A stretch of 64,000 nucleotides of DNA from Azolla caroliniana (GCA_043228905.1 JBHGNT010000007.1:9734001-9798000), one strand, 5' to 3'; positions 35,126-49,019 are shown, counted from the stretch's first letter. Notes: generated from the sequence alone by a model not told the origin. Program-made: numbers and translations.

Positions 35126-36228
35126 AGAACAAGTCCAGTTCAGGTTTCATCTTGTAAAAAAAAAGTTTCATAATTAAGAAATACAAGACATAAAACCTTG
35201 TGGTGAGATAATGTACATGGAGTGGGTTACAATGGTAGCTTCGAATTCGAAATATCCATACGTATCAAATTTGAATGGATAATACGTGTTGAAAAACCTA
35301 AAGCCTGCCATATATAAGTTGCGCATTCAAAATTATGTCTGACCATAAATATCTAATTACATCTTGCCTGTTAGAATTATTCACTTTATTCCTAATCATG
35401 GAGGAATGTTAGAATTATTCACTTTATTCCTAATTATTCAGGAATCTTAGATTTCCGCATTTGATGCTAAATTGAGATTTTATTTTATTTTGGAGAAATA
35501 TTCTCCAATTTTATAAACTTCATACTCCATTGTAGTCTACTTGGTTAGCATACTCGGCTTTCACCCGAGCGACCTGGGTTCAAGTCCCGCCCATGGAAAC
35601 ATCATGTCTAGTTCAAGTTGTATACATTTTATACGAAAAAATTCAATTAAGTAACAAATACAAGACATATAACCTTGTCGTGATATAATCAACATATAGT
35701 GGGTTATAATGGTTGCCTCCACTTCGAAATATCCATGCGTATCGAATTTGAAAGGATAATACACGTTGAAAAACCTAACGCGTCTCATATGACTTGCGCA
35801 TTCAAAATTAAGTCTTGCAATAAATATCTAACTAAATCTTGCATGTTGAATTATTCACTCTATTCCTAATCATTGAAGAATCTTAGACGAAAAAGGTCTC
35901 ATAATTAACAAATAGAAGACATAAAACCTTGTGGTCACATAATCTACATGTAGTGGGTTACAACGGTTGCCTCCAATTCAAAATATCCATACGTATCGAA
36001 TTTGAAATGATTATACGCGTTGAAAAATCTAAAGCGTCTCATGTGACTTGCGAAACCTAAAGCGTTTCATGTGACTTGCGCATTCAAAATTAAGTCTTAA
36101 CATAAATATCTAATTAAATCTTGCCAGTTAGAATTATTCACTCTATTTTCCTAATCATTGAGGAATCTTGTGTTTCTGCAATTTATCGTAGTCTAGAGAA
36201 AGATACTTCAACTCTATCTACTCCATCC

Positions 36229-36301
36229 TCCATTGTAGTCTAGTTGGTTAGGATACTCGGCTCTCACCCGAGCCAGCCAGGTTCAAATCCCAGCAATGGA
36301 A
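36229..36301 (+). pseudogene. tRNA-Glu(CTC) pseudogene
   Basis: Anticodon loop CTCTCAC; T-stem mismatches. Confidence 0.6.
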
Positions 36302-37961
36302 ACAACAAGTCTAGTTCAGGTTGTGTCTTGTAATAAAAAAGTCTCATAATTAGCAGATACAAGACATAAAACTTGTGGTGATATAATCAAAGTGTAGTGG
36401 GTTACAATGGTTGCCTCCAAATCAAAATATCCATATGTATCGAATTTGAAAGGATAATACGTGTTGAAAAACCTAAAACGTCTCATGTGACTTGCCCATT
36501 CATTGAGGAATCATTGGAAACAACAAGTCAGGTTGTGTCCTGCAATAGAAAAGTCTCATAATTAACAAATAGAAGACATAAAACCTTGTGGTGATATAAT
36601 CTACATGTAGTGGGTTACAACGGTTGCCTGCAATTCAGAAGATCCATACGTATCGAATTTGAAATGATAATATGTGTTGCAAAAGATAAAGCGTCTCATG
36701 TGACTTGCGAAACCTAAAGCATCCCATGTGACTTGCGCATTCAAAATTAAGTCTTAGTATAAATATCTAATTAAATCTTGCCTGTTAGAATTATTCACTC
36801 TATTCCTAATGATTGAGGAATTTTGCGTTTCTGTAATTTATGGTTAATTGAGATTTTATTTTATTTTACAGAAACATCCTTCACCTCTATCAACTCCGTA
36901 CTCCATTATACTCTAGTTGCTTAGGATACTCGGCTTTCTCCCGATCGACCCGGGTTCAAGTCCCGGCAATGCAAACAACAAGTCTAGTTCGGGTTGCGTC
37001 TCATGTGACTTGCACATTCAAAATTAAGTCCTAGCATAAATATCTAATTAAATTTTGCTTGTTAGAATTATTCACTCTATTTTCCTAATCATTGAGGAAT
37101 GTTGCGTTTCTGCAATTTATGGTAGTCAAAATCTAAAGCGTCTCATGTGACTTGCGAAACCTAAAGCGTGTCATGTGACTTGCACATTCAAAATTAAGTC
37201 CTAGCATAAATATCTAATTAAATTTTGCATGTTAGAATTATTCACTCTATTTTCCTAATCATTGAGGAATCTTGCGTTTCTGCAATTTATGGTAGTCTAG
37301 AGAAAAATACTTCAACTCTATCTACTCCGTCCTCCATTGTAGTCTAGTTCGTTAGGATACTCGGCTCTCACCCAAGCGACCCAGGTTCAAATCCCAACAA
37401 TGGAAACAACAAGTCTAGTTCAGGTTGTGTCTTGTAATAAAAAAGTCTCATAATTAGCAAATACAAGACATAAAACCTTGTGGTGATATAATCTAAATGT
37501 AGTGGGTTACAATGGTTGCCTCCAAATCAAAATATCCATACGTATCGAATTTGAAAGGATAATACGTGTTGAAAAACCTAAAGCGTCTCATGTGGTTAAT
37601 TGAGATTTTATTTTATTTTAGAGAAAAATCCTTCAACTTTATCAACTCCGTAGTCCATTGTAGTTTAGTTGGTTAGGATACTCGGCCTTGACCAGAGTGA
37701 CGAGGGTTCAAATATCGGCAATGGAAACATCAAGTCTAGTTGAGGTTGCGTGTTGTAATAAAAAAGTATCATAATTAACAAATACAAGACATAAAACCTT
37801 ATGGTGACATAATCTAAATGTAGTGGGTTACAATGGTTGCCTCCAAATCAAAATATCCATACGTATCGAATTTGAAAGGATAATACGTGTTGAAAAACCT
37901 AATGCGTCTCATGTGACTTGCCCATTCAAAATTAAGTCTTACAATAAATATCTAAGTCTTA

Positions 37962-39983
37962 CGCCATTTTGTTGCGGAGTGTGTCGTCAAGTGAATTCTC
38001 GCCGAATTCCTTCCTTTCGGAGATACGCCGTGAAATCGTCTGAGAAGTACTCCTTGCCGCCATCTGATCAAAGGCATCGTACATGTCGGGCCGTGGCTTT
38101 CTCGACTTCATTCTTGAAATTTTGGAAGTGTCCGAACACTTCGCTCCTTTGCCGCATCGGGTATATCCAAGTGTGCCTAGAGAAGTCGTCGATTAAGAGC
38201 ACGTAATATAGGCATCCGCCGAATGTAGTCGTCTGCGCCGGTTCCCATACGTCGGAATGAACTACGTCGAGTAGACCTTTGCTAACGTTCCGTTCTTTCG
38301 AGAAAGGGTGTCGGTGTTGCTTTCCGAATTGGCACGCTTCGCATACACCTTCAATCTCCTTCTCTTTGAATGTCAGGAGTCCGATGACGACTCCTTTCGA
38401 TTTCATTGCTTTGAGTTTGTTGACATTGATGTGGCCGATTCGCTTGTGCCATAGCTCTATGTCGGAATCGACTTTTGTGTTTTTCGCGAACATGGCGGAT
38501 TTCATCTCGCGTGAATCGAGAATGAACATCCGGCCCTCTCTTCGTCCACGTGCGATGAGTCAGCCCTCTTTTTTGATGAAGTAACCGCCTTGATTAAATC
38601 GAACGTGCATCCCTTGCTCTACAATTTGGCCGACGGAGACCAAATTCTTCGTAATGGTCGGTACATGAAAGACATTTTTAATGTAATTTTGCTTACCTTC
38701 TTTTCTGAACAGAACATTGCCAATGTGCCGAATCGGATGCGTAGTGTCTGCTCCGGTTTCGACATAGCCGGGTCAGTCCGGCTCTCGAAGTTCTCGGAAC
38801 CATTCTTGATGCGATGTCATATGGTTCGAGGCACCGGAATCGATGAACCATACGTCTTCCGGACTGGAGGCTCTAGTTGAGGTAGCGGCCGACATAGAGT
38901 TTGCTCTATGTTTCATCATGAACATTCTGCCACGGTCGGAGTTGTGCGCATACATTCCGCCACGATCTTCGTAGTCGGAGTTGTGTGCGTAATTCGTGAC
39001 TTGTCAGCTTGTGGAAGCCGATTCACGCATCTTCTGTCGGCACTCTTCTTCGTGGTGGCCGAGCTTTCCGGAATATCCGCATTCGGTTGCATTTTGACGG
39101 TTCGGGCCGGAGTGGAAGCTCCCCCTTCTTGCGAAGGTTCCTCGTTGGCCTCCGTTTTGCGGCCGAAATTGGGAGTTGTTGTCGTAGGTCGGACCTCGTC
39201 CGCCTTGTCCTTGGCCGAATCGGCGTCTCGCTTGTCCGCGTCCTCTTCCTCCATTAGAGTGCGTGTAGAGCATGTGGCCTTCCGACTCATTGCTCCTTGT
39301 ACGCACTTGGTTTTCTTCGACCAATAGCATTGATTGGAGCTCGAAGAAGGAGGGAGATTTCTCCCGTGCAAGAATGGCGGTTCGCATTGTGCCGAACCGT
39401 GGTGCGAGGCCGCCGAGGCATATTTGCACCATCTCATCATCATCTATACTTACGCTTATTGAGCCGAGCGAGTCACAAAGCTCCTTGATCTTCAAGGTGT
39501 ATGTTGTGATCGACATGTCCCTTTGTTGAATGTTGTTCAACTCTTGGCGGAGTTGAGGCTTCTTTCGTAGATTTTCTCACGCTTCCTTCGGCGTCTTGGC
39601 TTCTCGAATGTAACCGAGCATGTGGTCGTGAACACATGTCGCCAAACAATACATCACGCAGCTTGTAGCTTGCTCCCATGTCGCGTATCCAGGAGCCGCT
39701 TCGACGGGTCGGTCTTCATGCGCTCCTTCGATGTAGCTCCAATAGCCTTGTCCGACAAGGTATTGGTGCATCTTGTACTCCCAAGATGCGAAGTTGTTTC
39801 GATCCAACTTCTCGGTAGGGAGAGCGCTCCCCATTTGAGTATTCATTATGTCGATTCTTCTTCTTCTTCTTCACTCTTCGAATGCGAGCTATGTAGCGAA
39901 GCTACAATAGCTATGAGCCGTTTCTTGGTCGTCGGTGTAGAGCACAACACACGATCACAATGACGCGAATGGGCTAGATCGAG
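37962..39983 (-). mobile_element. Ty1/copia internal fragment (gag, protease, GAG-pre-integrase, 5' integrase), no LTRs
   Basis: Broken ORFs 39846-39577, 39540-39004, 38955-38773 and 38529-38068. Motifs EKLDRNNFASW, WFIDSGASNHMT, LWHKRIGH, CEACQFGKQ and VVHSDVW. Ends at ..HTPQQNG. Confidence 0.9.
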
Positions 39984-42900
39984 CTAGTTGGTTAGGATAC
40001 TCGGCTTCCACTCGAGCGACCCAGGTTAAAGTCCCGGTAATGCAAACAACAAGTCTAGTACAGGTTGGATACATCTTACACGAAAAAAGTCTCATAATTA
40101 ACAAGCGCATTCAAAATTAAATACTAGCATAAATATCTAACTAAATCTTGCCTATTAGAATTATTCACTATTTTCCTAATCATTGAGGAATCTTGGATTT
40201 CTCCAATTTATGGTTAATTGAGATTTTATTTTATTTTAGAGAAAGATTCTTCAATTCTATCACCTCCATACTCCATTATATTCTAGTTGGTTAGAATACT
40301 CGGCTTTCACCCGAGCGACCCGGGTTCAAGTCCTAGCAATGCAAACAACAAATCTAGTTCAGGTTGGATACATCTTAGACGAAAAAAGTCTCATAATTAA
40401 AAAGTACAATACATAAAACCTTGTGGTCACATAATATACATGTAGTGGTTACAACGGTTGCCTCCAATTCAAAATATCCATACCTATCATATTTGAAAGG
40501 ATAAAACGTGTTGAAAAACCTAAAGCGTCTCATATGACTTGCGAAACCTAAAGCGTCTCATCTAACTTGCAGATTCAAAATTATCTCTTAGAATAAATAT
40601 CTAATTAAATCTTGCTTATTAGAATTATTCACTCTATTTGTAATCATTGTGGAATCTTGTGTTTCTGCAATTTATGGTTTACAATGGTAGCTTCGAATTC
40701 GAAATATCCATACGTATCAAATTTGAAAGGATAATACGTGTTGAAAAACCTCAAGCGTCTCATGTGGCTTGCACATACAAAATTCCGTCTTAGCATAAAT
40801 ATGTAATTAAATCTTGCCTGTTAGAAGTATTCACTATTTTCCTAATCATTGAGATATCTTGCATTTCGGCAAATTATGGTTCATTGAGATTTTATTTTAT
40901 TTTAGAGAAAGATCCTTCAATTCTATCAACTCCGAACTCCATTATATTCTAGTTGGTTAGGTTACTCGGCTTCCACCCGAGCGACCCAAGTTCAAGTCCC
41001 AGCAATGCAAACAACAGGTCTAGTACAGGTTGGATACATCTTACACGAAAAAAGTCTCATAATTAACAAGCGCATTCAAAATTAAATCTTAGCATAAATA
41101 TCTAATTAAATCTTGCCTATTAGAATTATTCACTATTTTCCTAGTCATTGAGGAATCTTGCGTTTCTCCAATTTCTGGTTAATTGAGATTTTATTTTATT
41201 TTAGAGAAAGATTCTTCAATTCTATCAACTCCATACTCCATTATATTCTAGTTGGTTAGAATACTCGGCTTTCACCCGAGCGACCCGGGTTCAAGTACTA
41301 GCAATGCAAACAACAAGTCTACTTTAGGTTGGATACATCTTAGACAAAAAAAGTCTCATAATTAACAAGTACAAGACATAAAACCTTGTAGTCACATAAT
41401 CTACATGTAGTGCGTTACAACGGTTGCCTCCAATTCAAAATATACATACGTATCGAATTTGAAAGGATAATACGTGTTGAAAAACCTCAAGCGTCTCATG
41501 TGGCTTGCGCATACAAAATTCCGTCTTAGCATAAATATGTAATTAAATCTTGCCTGTTAGAAGTATTCACTATTTTCCTAATCATTGAGATATCTTGCAT
41601 TTCGGCAAATTATGGTTCATTGAGATTTTATTTTATTTTAGAGAAAGATCCTTCAATTCAATCAACTCCAAACTCCATTATAGTCTAGTTGGTTAGGATA
41701 CTCGGCATCCACCCGAGCGACCCAGGTTCAAGTCCCAGCAATGCAAACAACAAGTCTAGTACAGGTTGGATACATCTTACACGAAAAAAGTCTCATAATT
41801 AACAAGCGCATTCAAAATTAAATCTTAGCATAAATATCTAATTAAACCTTGCCTATTAGAATTATTCACTATTTTCCTAATCATTGAGGAATCTTGCGTT
41901 TCTCCAATTTATGGTTAATTGAGATATTATTTTATCTTAGAGAAAGATTCTTCAATTCTATCAACTCCATACTCCATTATATTCTAGTTGGTTAGAATAC
42001 TCGGCTTTCACCCGAGCAACCCAGGTTCAAGTACTAGCAATGCAAACAACAAGTCTACTTTAGGTTGGATACATTTTAGACGAAAAAAGTCTCATAATTA
42101 ACAAGTACAAGACATAAAACCTTGTGGTCACATAATCTACATGTAGTGGGTTACAACGGTTGCCTCCAATTCAAAATATCCATACGTATCGAATTTGAAA
42201 GGATAATACGTGTTGAAAAACCTCAAGCATCTCATGTGGCTTGCGCATACAAAATTCATTCTTAGCATAAATATGTAATTAAATCTTGCCTGTTAGAACT
42301 ATTCACTCCATTCCTAATCATGGAGGAATCTTGAGTTTGTGCAATTTATGGTTGATTGAGTTTTTATTATATTTTCGAGAAAAATCCTTCAACTCTATCG
42401 ACTCCAAACTCCATTGTAGTCAAGTTGCTTAGCGTACTAGGCTTTCACCAGATCGACCCGGGTTCAAGTCCCGGCAATCGAAACATCAAATCTAGTTCAA
42501 GTTGCATCTTGTATGAAAAAGTCTCATAATTGACAAATACAAGGCATAAAACCTTGTGGTAACATAATTTACATGTAGTGGGTTATTATGGTCGCCTCCA
42601 ATTCAAAATATCCATACGTATCGAATTTGAAAGGATAATATGTCTTGGAAAACCTCAAGCGTCTCATCTAACCTGCGCATTCAAAATTAAGTCTTAGCAT
42701 AAATATGTAATTAAATCTTGCCTATTCGAATTATTCACTATTTTCCTAATCATTAAGGAATCTTGCGTTTCGGCAATTTATGGTTAATTGAGATTTTATT
42801 TTATTCTAGAGAAAGATCCTTCAACTCTATCAATTCTGTACTCCATTGTAGTCTAGTTGGTTAGGATACTCAGCTTTCACACCAACGACCTGGGTTCAAG

Positions 42901-45900
42901 TCCCGTCAATGCAAAAAACAAGTGTAGTTCAGGTGGGATACATCTTAAACGAAAAAGGTCTCATTATTAACAAATACAAGACATAAAACCTTGTGGTGAC
43001 ATAATGTACATGTAGTGGGTTACAACGGTTGCCTCCAATTCAAAATATCCATATGTATCGAATTTGAAAGGATAAAACGTGTTGAAAAATCTAAAGCGTC
43101 TCATGTGACTTGCGAAACCTAAAGCATTCAAAATTAAGTCTTAGCATAAATATCAAATGAAACCTTTCATGTTAGAATTCTTCACTCTATTCCTAATCAT
43201 TGAGGAATCTTGCGTTTCTGCAATTTATGGTGAATTGAGATTTTGTTTTCTTTTAGAGACAGGTCCTTCAACCCTATCAACTCCGTACTCCATTGTAGTC
43301 TAGTTGGTTAGGATACTCGACTTTCACCCGAGCAACCCGGGTTCAAGTCTCGGCAATGGAAAAAACAAGTCTAGTTCAAGTTCCATCTTGTAAAAAAACC
43401 TTGTGGTGACATACATTACATGTAGTGGGTTACAACAGTTGCCTTCAAATCAAAATATCGATACGTATCGAGTTTGAAAGGATAATATGTGTTGAAAAAC
43501 CTAAACCACCTCATATGACCTGCGCATTCAAAATTAAGTATTAGAATAAATATCTAATTAAATCTTGCTTTTTAGAATTATTCACTATATTCCTAATCAT
43601 TGAGGAATCTTGCATTTCTACAATTTATGGTTAATTCAGATTTTATTTTATTTTAGAAAACGAGCCTTCAACTCTATCAAATCCGTATTCCATTGTAGTC
43701 GAGTTGGTTAGGATACTCAGCTTTCACCCGAGCGACCCGGGTTCAAGTTTCAACAATGGGAACATCAAGTCTAGTTCAGGTTGCATCTTCTACAAAAAAA
43801 GTCTGATAATTAACAAATAGAAGACATCATGTCTAGTTTGAAATATCCAGACGTATCGAATTTGAAAGGATAATACATGTTGAGAAACCTAAAGCATCTC
43901 ATATGACGTGCGCATTCAAAATTAAGTCTTACAATAAATATCTAATTAAATATTGGCAGTTAGAATTATTCACTCTATTCCTAATCATTGAAGAATCTTA
44001 GATTTCAACAATTTATGGTTAATTGAGATTTGATTTGATTTTACAGAAACATGCTTCAACGTTATTAACTTTATACTCCATTGTATTCTAGTTGGTTAGG
44101 ATACTCGGCTTTCACCCGAGCGACCCGGGTTCAAGTCCCGTCCTTGGAAACATCAAGTCTAGTTCAAGTTGCATAAATTCTATACGAAAAAAGTTTCATA
44201 ATTGACAAATACAAGGCATAAAACCTTGTGGTGACATAATCTACATGTAGTGGGTTACAATGGTTGCCTTCAAATAAAAATTTCCATACATATCGAATTT
44301 GAAATGATAATCCGTGTTGAAAAACCTAAAGCATCTCTAGTGACTTGCGCATTCAAAATTAAGTCTTACAATAAATATCTAATTAAATCTTGGCGGTTAG
44401 AATTATTCACTCTATTCCTAATCATTCAGGAATCTTTTAATTTGATAAAGAAACTCGTCTTCTATTACATAAAGATTAACATATTAGCCAATTAAATTCA
44501 ATTTCACATGTATTGAAAGTACGAGGTATACTGTTTAATTAAAGTAAAGCCATTTCTTGAGAATGCGTTCGAGGGGATGAAATCACATTTCACTTAAAAG
44601 GAAACATACTTGATGCTCTCCTTTAGTAAACGAAAAACCACGAAGGCAACACTAGGATATCATGTGTCATCTTGCGTTTCCACAATTTATGGTTAATTGA
44701 GATTTTATTTTATTTGAGGTAAACATCCTTCCACTTTATCAATTCCATACTCCATTATAGTCTAGTTGGTTAGGATACTCAAGGTTCGCCCGAGCAACCC
44801 GAGTTCATGTTCCGACAATGGAAATATCAAGTGTAGTTCAGGTTGCAATTTCTACGAGAAAAGTCTCATAACTCACAAATACAAGACATCAAACCTTGTG
44901 GTGACCTAATATACATGTATTTGGTTCCAATGGTTGCCATCAATTCCCAATATCCATGTGTATCGAATTTAAATTATAATATGTGTTGAGAAGCCTAAAC
45001 CGTATCATGGGACTTGGGCATTCAAAATTAGGTTTTACCATAAATCTCTGATTAAATCTTGTGTTTTATAGTGGGGTTAGAATTATTCACTCTATTCCCA
45101 ATCATAGAGGAGTCTTTTAATTTGATAAAAAAGTCGTTTTCTGTAACATAAAGCTCAACATATTAGCGGATTGAACTCAATTTCACTCGTATCAAAAGTA
45201 CGAGGTATATTGTTTAATTAAAGTAACGACATTTCTTGATACTTCATTCAAGGCGATAAAATCACATTTCACTTAAAAGGAAACATACTTCATGCTTTCC
45301 TTTAGTGAACGAAGAACCACGAAGGCAACACTAGGATATTATGTGTCATCTTGCGTTTCCGCAATTTATGGTGAATTGAGATTTTGTTTTATTTAGAGAA
45401 ACATCCGTCCACTTTATCAACTCCATACTCCATTGTAGTCTAGTTGGTTAGGATACTCGGCTTTCGCCTGAGTGACCCGTGTTGATGTTCCAGCAATGGA
45501 AACATCAAGTGTAGTTCAGGTTGCAATTTATACGAAAAAAGTGTCATAATTGACAAATATAAGACATAAAATCTTGTGGTAACATAATATACATGTAGTC
45601 GGTTCCAATAGTGGCCACCAATTCCCAATATCCATGCGTATCGAATTTGAAAGTATAATACGTGCTGAAAAACGTAAACCGTATCATATCAATTGGGCAT
45701 TCAAAAATGAAATATCCCATAAATATCTGATTAAATCTTGTATGTTATAATGTCTATTCCCAGTCATTGAGGAATCTTTTAATTTGATAACAAAGTCGTC
45801 TTTTATAAAATAAACCTTAACATATTAGTTGATTGAAATCAATATCACTCGTATGAAAAGTACGAGGTATCTTGTTTAATTAAACTAACGACATTTCTCG

Positions 45901-46318
45901 ATAATTTAGTCAAGGATATAAAATCACATTTCACTTAAAAGAAAACATACTTGATGCTCTCCTTTACTAAACGGAGAACCTCGATGGCAACACTAGGATA
46001 TCATGTGTCATCTTGCGTTTCCGCAATTTATGGTTAATTGAGATTTTATATTATTTTTGAGAAACATCCTTCAACATTGTCAACTCCATTCTCCGTTGTA
46101 GTGTAGTTGGTTAGGAGACTCGGCTTTCACCCGAGCGACTTAGGTTCAAGTCCCGGCAATGGAATTGACAAATACAAGACATGAAATCTTGTGGTGACAT
46201 AATCTACATGTAGTGGGTTACAATGGTTGCCTCCAATTCAAAATATCCATACTAATCGAATTTTAAAGGATAATACCTGTTGAGAAACCTAAAGCGTCTC
46301 ATCTGACTTGCGCATTCA
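39984..46318 (+). repeat. tRNA-Glu tandem array, block C (~14 mostly degenerate copies)
   Basis: Copies at 39984 (5'-truncated), 40272, 40938, 41237, 41674, 41973, 42410, 42842, 43289, 43689, 44077, 44751, 45429 and 46092. Confidence 0.93.
43289..43361 (+). tRNA. tRNA-Glu(TTC), degenerate
   Basis: One anticodon-stem mismatch and a G.U in the T stem. Confidence 0.5.
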
Positions 46319-46751
46319 GCGCGTGCATGTGCTACTCGAGCAACCACTGGAGTCTTGGACTGGGGAGGATGTTTGCAGAATTATCAAAGAGATGACGATC
46401 AATGTAAGATTAGATGAAATTGGTTTACTTGAGAAGAAGAACGATTGTACACTTGAGAAGTAGAAAATATGAAGAAGATAAAGACAAATATAATTATATT
46501 GATGATAATGGTGTTGTTGATATCACATATTGAGCCCCCCTTACAGAAGCCCAACTAGAGGCTTTTATAGGTCTTTCCATGCTTGTGACATGCACAAAAC
46601 CATGGTCTAAAACCATGGTTTTGTGCACACGGTTTTGCTTATGTCATGCACAAACCATGGGTTTAGAACCATGGTTTTGTGCACATGGTTTTCTATGGTT
46701 GTTTCGTCTATAATTCGTATATGAAAAGAAAATACATAAAATCTACACTAT

Positions 46752-46823
46752 ATGATAGTTGTCCTAGTGGTAAGGCAAATATCTTGTATCTTAGAGGTGC
46801 AAGGTTCAAACCTTGCTTTCATC
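46752..46823 (+). ncRNA. tRNA-like module inside the LTR (copy at 49472-49543)
   Basis: 72 nt. Acceptor ATGATAG/CTTTCAT (6/7), D arm GTCCTAGTGGTAAGGC, variable AGGT, T arm CAAGG-TTCAAA-CCTTG. Anticodon arm degenerate. Confidence 0.65.
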
Positions 46824-47269
46824 CCTTTGTATGAACTCAAGTGCTACTAGGCCTTAGGCTTATTTGCTAACTGTATGTGCAATGTTGCACATCCTTGGTT
46901 TGTTCACCTCACTCAGTTTCACACTGTAGCTAAAAATCGTCACGACATCCACCCCCACCAAACCCGCACATCCTCCTATATGTGCCGAGAAAGGTGAAGA
47001 GGTGAGATCTTTGGCAACGATGATCAACCGAGTTCCTCTGCACGCTCGTCGACCTCGTCTGACTTCGTCTTCCACTTCGAGTATGCGCAATCTTTCCAAC
47101 CGAACCACCGTAGCCACCCGATCTACCATATCCGGCGCTCACATCTTCTTCCCCAATCGGTTGTAGTAGATCTACCAAACGATGTCGTCGATCCGACTGC
47201 TCTTCTTTCTTCCACCGCGCGTGTCCTTCGATTGGACTCCTGGCCACTCCTCGCACTCACCGTCTTCAA

Positions 47270-48980
47270 CTAGGTGTTGTGGATCGTTCGTGTCGATCTC
47301 GGATTATGCCAGGTTTGCCCTTGTCTGGATCGGTCTCCGCCGATTGCTTGTTGGCTCGGTTGGCCTTCCTCTGCATTCGCATTTCGCCGAGTTGGGCTCG
47401 ACCGATTGATTTTGGCCAGGTCGGCCCGCTTTTGGATCAGGATCATCCGATCGATTTCCTCCGAATCAAGTTTCGGTCGGGTCGGCCCCGGTCGATCATC
47501 TCCCATGTGGATCTTCCTTCGTTCGACTGGTTCACGACTCTTCCTTCCTTCCTGCATGCTGCCTCTCCATCGAACTCAACCGCGGCTTCATCTTTGGCCT
47601 CCTCGTCGGCCACATCCTTCCCTCCGTGTATGCTCGCCTCGAGCCATATTGTCTCCTCTCCGCCACCTCCTTTATCTTCGGTCTTATGTCGACACACGGT
47701 CTCGACTGCCGAATTCTTCGAAACCAGTGTGAAGGAATCCCTTCGTTCATGTACATTTACCTTGTCTTCCTCATCGCCCTTCCGGTCGTCCGCTTTTCCG
47801 TCCACACATTCCGTCTCTCCGGTCTCATGTTGGCGCACGTGCACAACCGCCGAAGTCTCTAGACTAAGCGTGGAGAAAGTGTCGACATGGCTATACGTCG
47901 TCGACTCGTCCATAGCCACCTCCGATCGATGTCGTTTGTCATGGCTACCTCCTCAATCACGTCGGACTCAAACACTTTATCTCCCTCGATCATGCAATTT
48001 TTTCTCATGCTTGCACCTTCATCACCCGATGTTTCATACACAATGTGTGTTGCGAAACACTTATCCTCCCTCGAAGTGGCGTTCGCCGTCCTCGAGTCAT
48101 CGGCCTTCTCCTTGGCCGTCATTTTTTCGTAAGACAAGTAGGTGACTTGTTTCGCACCTTCTCTCTCGGTACCATCATACCGAACCTGAGCCTTTGTATC
48201 GGCCACTTCATTAACCCGCATTTGTTGGGAGGTCTCTTCTTCCTCGATCACCATTCGCCTCGGTTTTGTCTCCCTTTTAAGCTTTATTTCTTTTGTTGGT
48301 GGCGCGTTCCTGCATCTCGCCCCTCTTCGATCGTCCCTCATGGGCCGTCTTGTTGTTGTCGATATTCTCACTCGTCCCTTATCGTGCAGTCGGCATACAC
48401 TTTTCACTTTGCTCCAATCCTCGATGAGGCCATTTTCACCATCATCTTCTTCGAGTTTGAGGCTGATGGCCATCCTTTCCATTCGATCGATTGACTTCAC
48501 GAACATAAGGACCTTATCGACCCCCACCATTCTTTGTTCCCGCTCCGATTGTTGAGAAAAATGATGCTCGAAGTCTACGAATGCTTGTGTCGCGCCTTGC
48601 TGGGTCTTCGCTGATGTCACCCATTGGTCGAAGTTGCGTCGATCTCATCCCTTCAGTCTCTCATAGCCATATTCCTCCATTAGAGCCTTCTCGAAAGTCT
48701 CCCACGAATCATGAGCTTCTAGAAGCTCTTTTACATCTTTGAAGATCAGTTGAGACACCACCCAACAAAAGTACTCCAGCCTCATAGCTTCATCCACACC
48801 TCTTGAATCCATCTCCGCATTGTAGACTTTTAGAAAACTTTGGACTTCAGTGCCATTGAAATAGCTCACTCGCTCGACTACCCTATTGATGGCTTGTTGG
48901 GCTTCATTTCGTCTTTTCCCTTCTCTCAGAAACTCCATCATCCTTTTTGACATTGCCTCCATGAGATATTCGCCATCCAT
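47270..48980 (-). pseudogene. gag-like gene of element 2, disrupted
   Basis: Pieces 48980-48645 (in-frame TGA), 48620-47859 and 47919-47443. Shares VGxDKVLMFVKSIDRxERM with ORF 30082-28244. Confidence 0.8.
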
Positions 48981-49001
48981 CTTCGTCCTCCCTTGCTACT
49001 C

Positions 49002-49019
49002 TTCACGTCGGGTTCACCA
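49002..49019 (-). promoter_or_regulatory. primer binding site, tRNA-Trp
   Basis: Identical 18-mer to 30099-30116. Confidence 0.85.

Larger units (their letters stand above)
34134..37955 (+). repeat. tRNA-Glu tandem array, block B (7 degenerate copies)
   Basis: Copies at 34621 (CTC), 35053, 35526, 36229 (CTC), 36902, 37333 (CTC) and 37654. Some units have lost the tRNA. Confidence 0.93.
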
